A stretch of DNA of 64,000 nt, from positions 13,512 through 77,511 of the forward strand of contig JAFANP010000035.1 of assembly GCA_019232625.1 (NCBI GenBank). Reading direction: 5' to 3'. The notes beneath the pieces are model-generated. The model ran no database searches. It had not been told where the DNA came from and saw nothing but the letters and a program-made list of their open reading frames with translations. Below, one piece after another: positions 1-8,850 of the stretch. The position numbers were made by a program, and so were the translations under genes. Position 1 is the first letter of the stretch; each line of letters starts with the position of its first letter. The stretch comes from Alphaproteobacteria bacterium (GTDB lineage Bacteria; Pseudomonadota; Alphaproteobacteria; Sphingomonadales; Sphingomonadaceae).

Positions 1-183
1 CCGGCCGAGCGCGGCCCGGAGCAGATCTTCCTTCGCGGCGAAATAGCCGTAAAGCGTCGCCTTCGATCCGCCGACGCGGGCGGCGATCGCCGCCATCGAC
101 GTCCGCTCATAGCCGAGCTCTTCGAACAGCTCGGCGGCGACCCGGATGATCTCCTGTCGCTTCTCTTCGGTGCGTAGGCGCAT
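1..183 (-). CDS. TetR/AcrR-family regulator, N-terminal part only (C-terminus lies beyond the window start)
   Basis: Reverse translation from CAT at 181-183 gives MRLRTEEKRQEIIRVAAELFEELGYERTSMAAIAARVGGSKATLYGYF, a typical TetR HTH. Paralogous to the next gene. Confidence 0.8.
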   Translation of the reverse strand, partial: MRLRTEEKRQEIIRVAAELFEELGYERTSMAAIAARVGGSKATLYGYFAAKEDLLRAALGR

Positions 184-315
184 GGCGATCCTGGTGTCCG
201 AATGGGGATGGGGCTCTGCCCGCGCCGCGAGGGGGCCGGCGCGGGCAGAGCGGGCGGAAGGCGGGGGGACGAGGCCTTCCAACCCGAACCGGATAGAGGG
301 AGAAACCCGGTTGGT

Positions 316-325
316 ACCGTACGGT
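316..325. promoter_or_regulatory. 10-bp perfect palindrome ACCGTACGGT upstream of the first TetR gene; candidate TetR operator
   Basis: Read directly. The same core (TACCGTACGGTA) recurs at 1247-1258 upstream of the second TetR gene and the efflux operon. Flanking bases are also similar (AGTCCA...GTTGnCAA). Confidence 0.4.
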
Positions 326-554
326 CTAGTCCACTATCATTTCGTTGTCAATTGCGAAAACGCGCCCGAGATGGCGGTTTATTCTCAATGGCTTGGAGGC
401 GATCGACGCCTCCCGCTGCCCGGACGGTCGCCCGGCAGAAAGACGAGCACCGTCCCGATTCGCACTCGATCTCGCCGGCCGTCGGAGCGCCGGCACCCTC
501 GCACGCGCGAGCCCAGCACCCGTGCCTATCTCGTAAGGAGCGGTTCCGAGGCGC

Positions 555-1166
555 TCAGTCGGGCGCGTCGGGCGCGTATATCCTGAGGAAGGCGTCGGCC
601 GCCTGCCTGGCGGTGGACTCGATCTCCTGCGGGTCGGGCTCGGCCATGGCGCCGAGCAGCCGCCGCTCGAACAGGTCCGACAGGACGAGGCCCTTCCAGT
701 GCATCGCCGCCCGCCACGGATCCGCCTTCCTCAGCTTGCCCTCGTCCATCAGCGACTCGAACGCGGCCGCCGCCCGCTCCCAGGCAGGCTTCAGGACGTT
801 CTGGTAGAATGCGCCCCCAAGGGTCGACTCCGCCGGCTGAGTCGCGACGATCCGGATGTTCGATATCGCGGCGGGCGCCAGCTGCCCGTTCAGGAAGACG
901 ATGCCGAGCCGGACCAGCGCCTTGCGCAGATCCTTCTCGGCTCGGAACTCCTCGAGCGCCTTGTCGGCAATCTCGCTGACGTCGAAGTCGAGCACCGCGC
1001 GGAGCAGCTCCTCCTTCGAAGGGAAGTAATTGTACAGGGTCTGCTTCGACCCTTTGAACCGCTCGGCGATCGTCAGCATCGAGGTGCGCTCATAGCCCAG
1101 CTCCTCGAACGCCCTCGCCGCGACTCGGACGATCTCGCGCCTTTTCTCCTCCGATCTCGTTCGCAT
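555..1166 (-). CDS. TetR/AcrR-family transcriptional regulator
   Basis: From internal ATG (CAT at 1164-1166): MRTRSEEKRREIVRVAARAFEELGYERTSMLTIAERFKGSKQTLYNYFPSKEELL, a TetR HTH. Divergent from the efflux operon. The ORF-track start at 1262 would run into the operator region. Confidence 0.85.
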   Translation of the reverse strand: MRTRSEEKRREIVRVAARAFEELGYERTSMLTIAERFKGSKQTLYNYFPSKEELLRAVLDFDVSEIADKALEEFRAEKDLRKALVRLGIVFLNGQLAPAAISNIRIVATQPAESTLGGAFYQNVLKPAWERAAAAFESLMDEGKLRKADPWRAAMHWKGLVLSDLFERRLLGAMAEPDPQEIESTARQAADAFLRIYAPDAPD

Positions 1167-1234
1167 GGCCGCGCCTCTAAGTCCTTGATTCCATAACCGT
1201 ACCATAGAGTCCATTTTTGCGTTGACAAGCCCGT

Positions 1235-1258
1235 TATAATGGACCATACCGTACGGTA
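1235..1258. promoter_or_regulatory. TATAAT hexamer (1235-1240) followed by the 12-bp palindrome TACCGTACGGTA (1247-1258), in the divergent TetR/efflux intergenic region
   Basis: Read directly. The position fits an operator overlapping the efflux-operon transcription start. No well-spaced -35 was found. Confidence 0.4.
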
Positions 1259-1284
1259 CCAATTACCAGTCGAGGTCCACAGCC

Positions 1285-2739
1285 ATGGATGTGTTTCGAA
1301 AGTCGCGGCTCGGCCGCGCGGCGATGCTGGCCGTCCTGCTCTGCTCCGCCTGCGCCTCGGTTCCGAAGCTCGGCGCGCCGCCGAGACTGAGCGAAGCGGG
1401 GTCGCTGACCGAGGGTCTCGACCTGCCGCCGACGAGCTCGGGGCAGCTTTGGCCCGACGCCGCCTGGTGGGAGGGTTATGGCGATGCCCAGCTCTCCCGG
1501 CTGATCGACGAGGCGCTCGCCTCCGCCCCTACTCTCGAGGAAGCCGCGGCGCGGGTTCGCCGCGCCGAGGCGATCGCCCAGCAGGCGGGCGCCCGGCTCA
1601 AGCCGAGCGTCGACGCGGGCGCCCAGGCCGGCGCCATCCGGGTCTCCGAGAATATCGGCATTCCGGCCGAGATCCTTCCGAGCGGCTGGAACGACGCCGG
1701 CTCGCTTTCCATCGGCCTCAGCTACGACCTCGACCTCTGGGGCAAGAACAAAGCCACTCTTCACGCCGCCATGTCCGACGCGGATGCCGCCCGGGCGGAC
1801 GCCGGCGCCGCGCGGCTCGCTCTCTCGACGGGGATCGCCTCGACCTATGCCGAGCTCGTCCGGCTTCACGCGGTGAAGGACGCCGCCGAGACGAACCTGC
1901 GCATCCGGACCGACGGCGAGCGCCTCATCCAGGCGCGCCGGACCGCCGGTCTCGAGAATGATGCCGCCTCGGCCCGCGCCCAGGCCGGTCGTTCGGCCGC
2001 CGCGGCCGACCTTGCCGCGGTCGACGAGCAGATCGAGCTCGTCCGCAACCAGATCGCCGCCCTGATCGGCACCGGCCCGGCCCGCGGCAAGGCGATCGCG
2101 CTTCCGGACGCGCCGCGCCTGCGCAGCTTCGGCCTGCCGGACGATCTCGGAGTGGAGATGGTCGGGCGCAGGCCCGACATCGTCGCGGCGCGGTTGCGTA
2201 CCGAAGCCCTGGGTTCCCGGATCAAGGCGGCGAAGGCCGATTTCTATCCCAACGTCCGCCTCTCCGCCCTGATCGGCCTCGGATCGCTCGGGCTCGGCAA
2301 CCTCCTCGGCAGCGGCTCCGCGTTCGGCTCCGCCGGCCCGGCGGTCAGCCTGCCCATCTTCTCGGGCGGCCGGCTGCAGGGCGCCTATCGCGGCGCCCGA
2401 GCGGATTATGACGGCAGCGTCGCGACTTACAACGAGACGCTCCTGCAGGCGGTCCGCGAGATCGCGGACGTCGGCGCCCGCCAGCGCGGGCTGGCCGCGC
2501 GTCTCACCCAGACCCGCGCCGCCTTCGCGGCGTCGCAGCGCGCCTACGACCTCATCCGGGCGCGCTATCGCGGCGGCCTCGCGCCCTATTTCGAAGTGCT
2601 GGGCGCCGAGGACGCGCTCAACGCCAACCGCCGCGCCGTCGCCGATCTCGAGGCGAGCGCCTTCGCGCTCGACGTCGCGCTCGTCCGCGCCCTCGGCGGC
2701 GGCTTCCGTGAAACCCGTCCCGAAGGAACAAGGTCATGA
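1285..2739 (+). CDS. Efflux outer-membrane factor lipoprotein (NodT family)
   Basis: Signal peptide with lipobox (LLCSAC). Two-repeat OMF-like sequence. First gene of the pump operon. Confidence 0.85.
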   Translation: MDVFRKSRLGRAAMLAVLLCSACASVPKLGAPPRLSEAGSLTEGLDLPPTSSGQLWPDAAWWEGYGDAQLSRLIDEALASAPTLEEAAARVRRAEAIAQQAGARLKPSVDAGAQAGAIRVSENIGIPAEILPSGWNDAGSLSIGLSYDLDLWGKNKATLHAAMSDADAARADAGAARLALSTGIASTYAELVRLHAVKDAAETNLRIRTDGERLIQARRTAGLENDAASARAQAGRSAAAADLAAVDEQIELVRNQIAALIGTGPARGKAIALPDAPRLRSFGLPDDLGVEMVGRRPDIVAARLRTEALGSRIKAAKADFYPNVRLSALIGLGSLGLGNLLGSGSAFGSAGPAVSLPIFSGGRLQGAYRGARADYDGSVATYNETLLQAVREIADVGARQRGLAARLTQTRAAFAASQRAYDLIRARYRGGLAPYFEVLGAEDALNANRRAVADLEASAFALDVALVRALGGGFRETRPEGTRS

Positions 2740-3887
2740 ACAAGCCCCTCGCCCAGGAAGATTTCGACATCGCCGATCTGGAAATGGCGCCCGCCGCGGC
2801 GCCCAGGAGCCACCGCATGAAGCTGTTCATCGGCTTCGCCGCGGGCCTTCTGCTCGCCGGAGGAAGCTACAAGGCCTACGAGGCGATGTCCGCCGGCCAT
2901 GTCACCACCGACAATGCCTATGTCGGCGCCGACGTCGCCCAGGTGACTCCCTTGGTCGGAGGGCCGGTGCGCGAAGTGCTGGTCCAGGACACCCGGCAGG
3001 TGCGCCGCGGCGAAATCCTCGTCCGGCTCGACGACACCGACGCGCGCATAGCGCTCGCCCGCGCCGAAGCCGAGCTTGCCGCCGCCGAGCGGCGCGTCCG
3101 AAGCCTCGTCGCCAATGACGGCGAGCGCAGCGCGCAGGTGAGCGCCCGTTCGGCGGACGCGGCCCGGGCGAGCGCGCAAATCGCCGCGGCCCGTGCCGAT
3201 CTGGACCGCGCCGGAATCGACCTCCACCGGCGCCAGGACCTCGCCCAGTCCGGTGCCATCTCCGACGAGGAGCTGACCACCGCCCGCAACGCCTACAGCA
3301 CGGCCTCCGCCAACCTCCGGGCCGCCCAGGCGGCGCTGGCCCAGGCCGCGGCCCAACGCGAGGCCGCCGTCGGCAGCCGGAGCACCAACCAGGCGCTGAT
3401 CGGCGACGGCCGGATCGACACCAATCCCGACGTGCTCGCCGCCCGGGCGGCGGTCGCTCAGGCGCGGCTCGACCTCGAGCGCACCGTGATCCGGGCTCCG
3501 GTCGACGGGATCGTCTCGCGCCGCCAGGTCCAGGTCGGCCAGCGTGTCCAGGCAGGCGCCATGCTGATGGCGATCGTCCCCGTCCAGTCCGCCTATGTCG
3601 ACGCCAACTTCAAGGAGGTCGAGCTGACCGACGTGCGTCCGGGCCAGAAGGTCACCCTGACCTCGGACCTCTACGGCGACGATGTCGAGTTCCACGGCCG
3701 GGTGGCCGGCTTCTCCGGCGGCACCGGCGCGGCCTTCGCGCTCGTGCCTGCGCAGAACGCGACCGGGAACTGGATCAAGGTCGTCCAGCGGCTTCCGGTC
3801 CGGATCGCGCTCGACCCGCGCGAGCTCGCCCGCCGGCCTCTTCGCGTCGGACTCTCGATGACCGCGACGGTCGACACCGCCGACTGA
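2736..3887 (+). CDS. HlyD/EmrA-type membrane fusion protein
   Basis: ATGA overlap with the upstream stop. N-terminal TM segment, long coiled-coil region (ARIALARAEAELAAAERR...) and a C-terminal beta-barrel region typical of EmrA-like periplasmic adaptors. Confidence 0.85.
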   Translation: MNKPLAQEDFDIADLEMAPAAAPRSHRMKLFIGFAAGLLLAGGSYKAYEAMSAGHVTTDNAYVGADVAQVTPLVGGPVREVLVQDTRQVRRGEILVRLDDTDARIALARAEAELAAAERRVRSLVANDGERSAQVSARSADAARASAQIAAARADLDRAGIDLHRRQDLAQSGAISDEELTTARNAYSTASANLRAAQAALAQAAAQREAAVGSRSTNQALIGDGRIDTNPDVLAARAAVAQARLDLERTVIRAPVDGIVSRRQVQVGQRVQAGAMLMAIVPVQSAYVDANFKEVELTDVRPGQKVTLTSDLYGDDVEFHGRVAGFSGGTGAAFALVPAQNATGNWIKVVQRLPVRIALDPRELARRPLRVGLSMTATVDTAD

Positions 3888-3914
3888 CGCTCACCCGAAA
3901 AAGGGGCACGACCC

Positions 3915-5465
3915 ATGTCCAGCACGACCGCTCCGGGGGCGGCCCATCGGGCCGCCCCGCTCTCCGGCCTTACCCTCTACGCCGCGGCGATCCTGATCGG
4001 CCTCGGCAATTTCCTCGTCGTGCTCGACACCACGATCGCGAACGTCTCGGTGCCGACCATCGCCGGCAACCTCGGAGTCTCCTCGACCCAGGGGACGTGG
4101 GTGATCACCTCCTATGCGGTCGCAGAGGCGATCACCGTGCCGCTCACCGGCTGGCTCGCCAGGCGCTTCGGGGCGCAGCGCACGTTCATCACCTGCTATC
4201 TCGGCTTCGCAATCATCTCGCTCCTGTGCGGGATGGCGAGCTCGATGGGCATGCTGCTCGGAGCGCGAGTCCTGCTCGGCCTGTTCGGCGGCCCGATCAT
4301 GCCGCTCTCGCAGATGCTTCTGCTGCGCATCTTCCCCAGGGAGAAGGCGACCCTCGCGACCGTCATCTGGGCGATGACGACCCTGATCGGACCGGTCGCC
4401 GGCCCCATCCTCGGCGGAATAATCTGCGACAATTACGGCTGGTCGTGGATCTTCTTCATCAAGGTGCCGATCGCCGCGGCCGGCGGCCTCGTCCTGATGA
4501 CGATGCTGCGCGGCCGACCCGACCCCAAGGCCCCGGCCTTCATCGACAAGGTCGGTCTCGCGCTCCTCGTCCTGTGGGTCGGCGCTCTGCAGATCATGCT
4601 CGACGAGGGCCGCAACCAGGACTGGTTCGCCTCGCCGGAGATACGGGTCCTGGGGGTGATCGCCGCCATCGGCTTCATCGCCTTCCTGATCTGGGAGTTG
4701 ACCGAGAAGAACCCGATCGTCGACCTCAGGATCTTCCGCCACCGCGGCTTCGTCGGCGCGGCGACGACCTATTCCGTCGGCTTCGGCGCCTTCTTCGCAA
4801 GCATCGTCATCCTGCCTCTCTGGCTCCAGTCCAACATGGGCTACACCGCGACCTGGGCCGGCTACGCCACCGGCATCATGGGAATCCTCGCCGTCTTCTG
4901 CTCGCCGCTCGTCGGCAAGGCGGTGGACCGGTTCGACCCGCGCCTGATCGTCTGCGCCGGAATCCTCGGCCTCGCCTCGGTCATGCTGTGGCGCATGTGG
5001 GGCTTCAACAACGACGTGACCTTCCTGCAGATGGCCGGGCCGACGCTCGTCACCGGCCTCTTCATGGTCATGTTCTTCGTGCCCGTGACCGGCCTCGCCA
5101 TGGCCAGCGTCGAGCCCGCCGAGCAGGCCAACGCCGCCGGCCTCTCCAACTTCATGAGGACCCTCGCCGGCGCCTTCGCGACCTCGCTCATCCAGAGCGG
5201 ATGGTCGAACGCCGCCCGCGCCAACAGCACCGAGATCGCGAACGCCATGCCGAACGGTCAGTCGGCGATCGACGCCATGACCGGCCAGGGCGTCCCGGTC
5301 GAATCGGCGAGGACGATGCTCTCCTACGTCGTGGAGGGCCAGAGCGTGATGCTCGCCACCCTCGACATGTTCGGAGTGATCGCCCTCACCCTCGCCGCCG
5401 CCGCCGCCCTCATCTGGCTGGTCCCCCGGCCCAAGGGCCCGATCGACACCAGCGGCGCGCACTGA
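3915..5465 (+). CDS. MFS drug:H+ antiporter, DHA2 (EmrB/QacA) type, about 14 TM
   Basis: LDTTIANVSVPTIAGNLG and GWLARRFG motifs typical of EmrB-like MFS. Highly hydrophobic, 516 aa. Confidence 0.85.
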   Translation: MSSTTAPGAAHRAAPLSGLTLYAAAILIGLGNFLVVLDTTIANVSVPTIAGNLGVSSTQGTWVITSYAVAEAITVPLTGWLARRFGAQRTFITCYLGFAIISLLCGMASSMGMLLGARVLLGLFGGPIMPLSQMLLLRIFPREKATLATVIWAMTTLIGPVAGPILGGIICDNYGWSWIFFIKVPIAAAGGLVLMTMLRGRPDPKAPAFIDKVGLALLVLWVGALQIMLDEGRNQDWFASPEIRVLGVIAAIGFIAFLIWELTEKNPIVDLRIFRHRGFVGAATTYSVGFGAFFASIVILPLWLQSNMGYTATWAGYATGIMGILAVFCSPLVGKAVDRFDPRLIVCAGILGLASVMLWRMWGFNNDVTFLQMAGPTLVTGLFMVMFFVPVTGLAMASVEPAEQANAAGLSNFMRTLAGAFATSLIQSGWSNAARANSTEIANAMPNGQSAIDAMTGQGVPVESARTMLSYVVEGQSVMLATLDMFGVIALTLAAAAALIWLVPRPKGPIDTSGAH

Positions 5466-5505
5466 GGACAGGCCCCGCAGGAGCGAAAAACCGAAGGAGA
5501 TTGAA

Positions 5506-6081
5506 GTGCGTAGAGGTCTTCTGCTTGCCGGGACGGCGCTGCTCGCCTTCCTGCCGGCTTCCCGCGCCCCGGCGCAGGGCTTCTACGGCCCCTATGCGGG
5601 CGTCGAGGTCGGCGCCCGCCGCACCGGGGCCGACGTCCGGACTGCGGACCGGGACCGCCTATCCGTCGCCGGCGGACCGTTGGCGGGATACGACCGGCAG
5701 GTCGCGCGGCGCGTCCTGCTCGGCGGCGAGGCCGCTGTGGGGCCCGCTGCGGCCGACCGTCTCGGAGCGCCCGCGTCGGCCGGGCGCGTCTCCGTCGATC
5801 GGGGACCGTCCTTGGATCTCACCGCCCGGGCCGGATACGGGCTCGATCGGGCCACCCTCGCTTATGTGCGCGGCGGCTATACCGACGCCCGCATCGAGGC
5901 GGACGCGAGCGCCGCCGCGGAGCGCGAGTATCGCGACGGCTGGACGCTCGGCGCCGGCATCGAGCGGCACATCCTCGAGCGGATCTCGGCGCGGCCGGAA
6001 TATCGCTACGCCGACCTCGGCGAGGAGGGCGGCCCCTCCGGCCGCCACCGCCTGCTCGCCGGCATCGCCTACCGCTTCTGA
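5506..6081 (+). CDS. Small outer-membrane beta-barrel protein (OmpA-like/porin family 8-strand type)
   Basis: GTG start 6 nt after AAGGAG. Signal peptide ending APAQG, alternating beta-strand pattern, C-terminal ...GIAYRF with terminal Phe. Confidence 0.65.
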   Translation: MRRGLLLAGTALLAFLPASRAPAQGFYGPYAGVEVGARRTGADVRTADRDRLSVAGGPLAGYDRQVARRVLLGGEAAVGPAAADRLGAPASAGRVSVDRGPSLDLTARAGYGLDRATLAYVRGGYTDARIEADASAAAEREYRDGWTLGAGIERHILERISARPEYRYADLGEEGGPSGRHRLLAGIAYRF

Positions 6082-6111
6082 ACCTCCCCCGCCTCGCAAG
6101 GAACCCTCGCC

Positions 6112-6288
6112 ATGCGCATCCTCCTCATCGCCTCACTCGTCATCCTCCCTCTCCTCATCTTCTATGCGTTGCGCGCCGTCACCGGCGACCCGCTGAGCGC
6201 CATCATCTTCGGCCTCATGATCTTCGTCACGGTAGCTGCCTGGCTCGGCGGCCGTCCCGCCGCTTCCGGAGCGCTCAAGAGGTGGTAA
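6112..6288 (+). CDS. Hypothetical 58-aa two-TM membrane peptide (below the ORF-track cutoff)
   Basis: Own translation: MRILLIASLVILPLLIFYALRAVTGDPLSAIIFGLMIFVTVAAWLGGRPAASGALKRW. AAGGA lies about 10 nt upstream. Confidence 0.35.
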   Translation: MRILLIASLVILPLLIFYALRAVTGDPLSAIIFGLMIFVTVAAWLGGRPAASGALKRW

Positions 6289-6408
6289 GCCGCACCCCGG
6301 CGCGTTCCGAGAAAAAGCCCCGCCGACTCGCCACGCGCAGGTAAACTCGCTCACCGGGGGCGAGCCCGGCGCGCGGCAGTCCCCAACAGGCGGGATGGGC
6401 GGGAACAA

Positions 6409-6429
6409 TGGCTGGGGCGGCAGGATTCG
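6409..6429. repeat. Distal att-like direct repeat TGGCTGGGGCGGCAGGATTCG (copy of the tRNA-Gln 3' end)
   Basis: Identical 21-mer at 34680-34700 inside the tRNA gene. Similarity stops on both sides. Confidence 0.85.
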
Positions 6430-6570
6430 CAGCCGGTTTTTTTGGGTGCTAAGTTATTGATTTCGTTGGCGCGAAAAACGAGATTTACCCTTGAGATGTG
6501 CAGCGAATTGGCACAATTTTCAAGGCCAATTTCGCTGCCTTCTCGCTGCCGCAGTGACCAGAACAGGGGC

Positions 6571-7110
6571 TCAAAACGAGTGGTGGCGGCTGTTGATCAT
6601 TGCGCCTTCGACGTATTCCTCCAGGAGGAAGCTGCGCCCACCGACATCGAATTCGACATAATAGCCAAGGCAGTATCCGCAAACATACTCGGGGAGAGTC
6701 ACACCGTCGGCCGACCAGATGCCGTCATAGGAGGACCGGGTGAGCGTTCGCAGCCGCAGCCGGTCCTCGTCCTTCTCGTTCTCAGGCCGTGTGCTGCGCT
6801 TCATCTCGATAGCAATGAGATTGTCATGCTCGGGCCGTTCACCGCGGCTGTGAAGGATGAGGTCGCAAATGATACGCACCTCGCGCAGACCTTCAGCCAG
6901 CATCACCTTCACGCGGCCTTCCTGCATACGGTTATAATCGGCATCGGCGCGGTAGCCTTCGATGCCGGCCGCGATTGCTGCGTTTTCGAGCAGCGGAGCC
7001 CAGCACGCGCAGAGATTTCGCTCAGCGGTGCCATTGAGGATATTCTTCGTTTCGCGTTCGAGAAACTGCGAGAACGAGGAGTCGAAGACCGCGCGCAGCG
7101 TCTCAATCAT
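6571..7110 (-). CDS. Hypothetical protein, possible PD-(D/E)xK nuclease fold
   Basis: 179 aa. ...IICDLILHSRG...NLIAIEMKRS... resembles a D...(D/E)xK core. The antisense + ORF 6442-7341 looks non-protein-like. Confidence 0.45.
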   Translation of the reverse strand: MIETLRAVFDSSFSQFLERETKNILNGTAERNLCACWAPLLENAAIAAGIEGYRADADYNRMQEGRVKVMLAEGLREVRIICDLILHSRGERPEHDNLIAIEMKRSTRPENEKDEDRLRLRTLTRSSYDGIWSADGVTLPEYVCGYCLGYYVEFDVGGRSFLLEEYVEGAMINSRHHSF

Positions 7111-7389
7111 GGCGCAACATCTGGTGACCCGTCCCCCCAGCTGACATGCTTCCGTAGGCGCGGGTCCATCATGGCCAACTGGCGGAGGCGGTCAATCGGA
7201 GATGCGGTCGCTCCCTACGCGGGCCTTGAAGGATTAGCGCGCCGCCTACTTGATCATAACGCCTTGACGAAGGATTTGCGGGCTACGTCAAGCTCAGTTC
7301 GCTGCGGGTGGATCAACGGCTGTGTAACGCCCTGTTTCTAATCCGCGGCCGCGATGGTAACCTGCAGCCTTTGAGTGGGGTAGCAGCGA

Positions 7390-8850
7390 ATGGTCGATCT
7401 CAAGTTTCTTCTAGGAGAGTTGGAAATCTTGGATCTGGTTGGCTCAGCCGATCGAGAGATCAACAGCATCAATTTCGATTCGAGAGCCGTGGGGGAGGGT
7501 GACCTCTTCGTCGCGGTGAGGGGAACGCAAACAGACGGTCACCGATATATCTCTTCGGTTGTGGAACGGGGCGTTGCCGCTGTCATTTGCGAGGTTTTGC
7601 CCGATGCAGTCTCCGACCGAACGACCTATGTCGTGGTTCGCGATTCTAGCTTCGCCCTTGGTTGGATCGCTCAGGCATTCTTTGAGCATCCATCACGTAA
7701 ATTTACCCTCGTCGGCGTTACCGGCACGAATGGAAAGACGACAACAGCTACCCTTCTCTACCGACTCTTCAGTCGACTGGGTCATAAATGCGGGCTTCTG
7801 TCCACGATCCGAAATTATGTCGGATCGGAAGTTATCCCCTCCACACACACAACGGGTGACGCGATTCAGATTGCTCGTAACATGGCAGCGATGGTGGATG
7901 CCGGGTGCACGCACTGCTTCATGGAAGTTACTTCTCATGCAGTGCACCAAAACCGCATAGTCGGACTTTGTTTCGACGGTGGCGTCTTCACCAATTTAAC
8001 CCAGGACCACCTGGACTATCACAACACAATGGACGCCTACGCGGCAGTCAAGAAGTCCTACTTCGATTCCCTTCCTTCGCAGGCCTTCGCACTAACGAAT
8101 CTGGATTCCCCACATGGGCTGTGGATGGTCGCTGACACGCGTGCTCGCCGCTTTACATACGGTTCAGCGTCCAACGCCGATTATCCGCTCGAGGTGGTAA
8201 GAAGCACGCCGGACGGCTTGGAACTCAAAGTAGGGGGCATTGCAATACGCTCCACACTCCTGGGGACCTTCAATGCATACAATCTTGCCGCCACTGCCGC
8301 GGCAGCAAACCTACTTGGAGCGTCGCTCGAGGAAGTTTCAGAGGCGCTGCTCCGGATTCCTCCCGTTGAAGGAAGAATGGAAATAGTGACTGCCGCGAGC
8401 GGTGCCACCATAATAGTCGACTTCGCCCATACCCCGGACGCGGTCGAAAACGTCTTAGATACGATTTCTGCCTTCAGGGAGCCCGGCGGACGGATCATCA
8501 CCGTCCTTGGTTGTGGCGGAGATCGTGACCAGGAGAAGCGCCCCATCATGGCCAGGGCGGCTTGCGACCGCAGTGATCTCGTTGTGATCACCGCTGACAA
8601 CCCCCGCTCCGAGTCGCCCGCCGACATAGCCGCTGAGATGCTGGGTGGGCTCACCGGCAGTAATGGTGTTGAGGTCATCCTCGACCGACGGGCGGCAATT
8701 TTCCACGCCTGCGCAGCCGCCGGCCCGAGGGACATCGTGCTGATCGCCGGAAAAGGTCACGAAAAATTTCAGGAGATCGCAGGGCAGAAGTTGCCCTTCG
8801 ACGACGTGATCGTGGCGAAGGAGGCTGCGTCGGCTAGGCCTCACACCTAA
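7390..8850 (+). CDS. murE: UDP-N-acetylmuramoyl-L-alanyl-D-glutamate--2,6-diaminopimelate ligase (MurE), island-borne copy
   Basis: INFDSRAVGEGDLFVAVRGTQTDGHRYI N-terminus, GVTGTNGKTTT P-loop, ITADNPRSE (DNPR motif), 486 aa. Confidence 0.85.
   Translation: MVDLKFLLGELEILDLVGSADREINSINFDSRAVGEGDLFVAVRGTQTDGHRYISSVVERGVAAVICEVLPDAVSDRTTYVVVRDSSFALGWIAQAFFEHPSRKFTLVGVTGTNGKTTTATLLYRLFSRLGHKCGLLSTIRNYVGSEVIPSTHTTGDAIQIARNMAAMVDAGCTHCFMEVTSHAVHQNRIVGLCFDGGVFTNLTQDHLDYHNTMDAYAAVKKSYFDSLPSQAFALTNLDSPHGLWMVADTRARRFTYGSASNADYPLEVVRSTPDGLELKVGGIAIRSTLLGTFNAYNLAATAAAANLLGASLEEVSEALLRIPPVEGRMEIVTAASGATIIVDFAHTPDAVENVLDTISAFREPGGRIITVLGCGGDRDQEKRPIMARAACDRSDLVVITADNPRSESPADIAAEMLGGLTGSNGVEVILDRRAAIFHACAAAGPRDIVLIAGKGHEKFQEIAGQKLPFDDVIVAKEAASARPHT

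Noticed and set aside
1222-1240. TTGACA (1222-1227) plus TATAAT (1235-1240) as a consensus sigma-70 promoter
   Set aside because: The spacer is only 7 nt, so the two hexamers cannot belong to the same promoter. Only the TATAAT was kept, as a tentative -10.
3891-5462. 523-aa minus-strand ORF antisense to the MFS transporter gene
   Set aside because: The translation is Gly/Arg/Asp/His-rich and low-complexity. It mirrors a well-supported + strand gene. This is a typical shadow ORF in high-GC DNA.
6442-7341. 299-aa + strand ORF opposite the 6571-7110 gene
   Set aside because: No motif and an odd composition. The minus-strand ORF has a plausible D...ExK core. Only one of the two can be real and I preferred the minus one. 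This remains uncertain.
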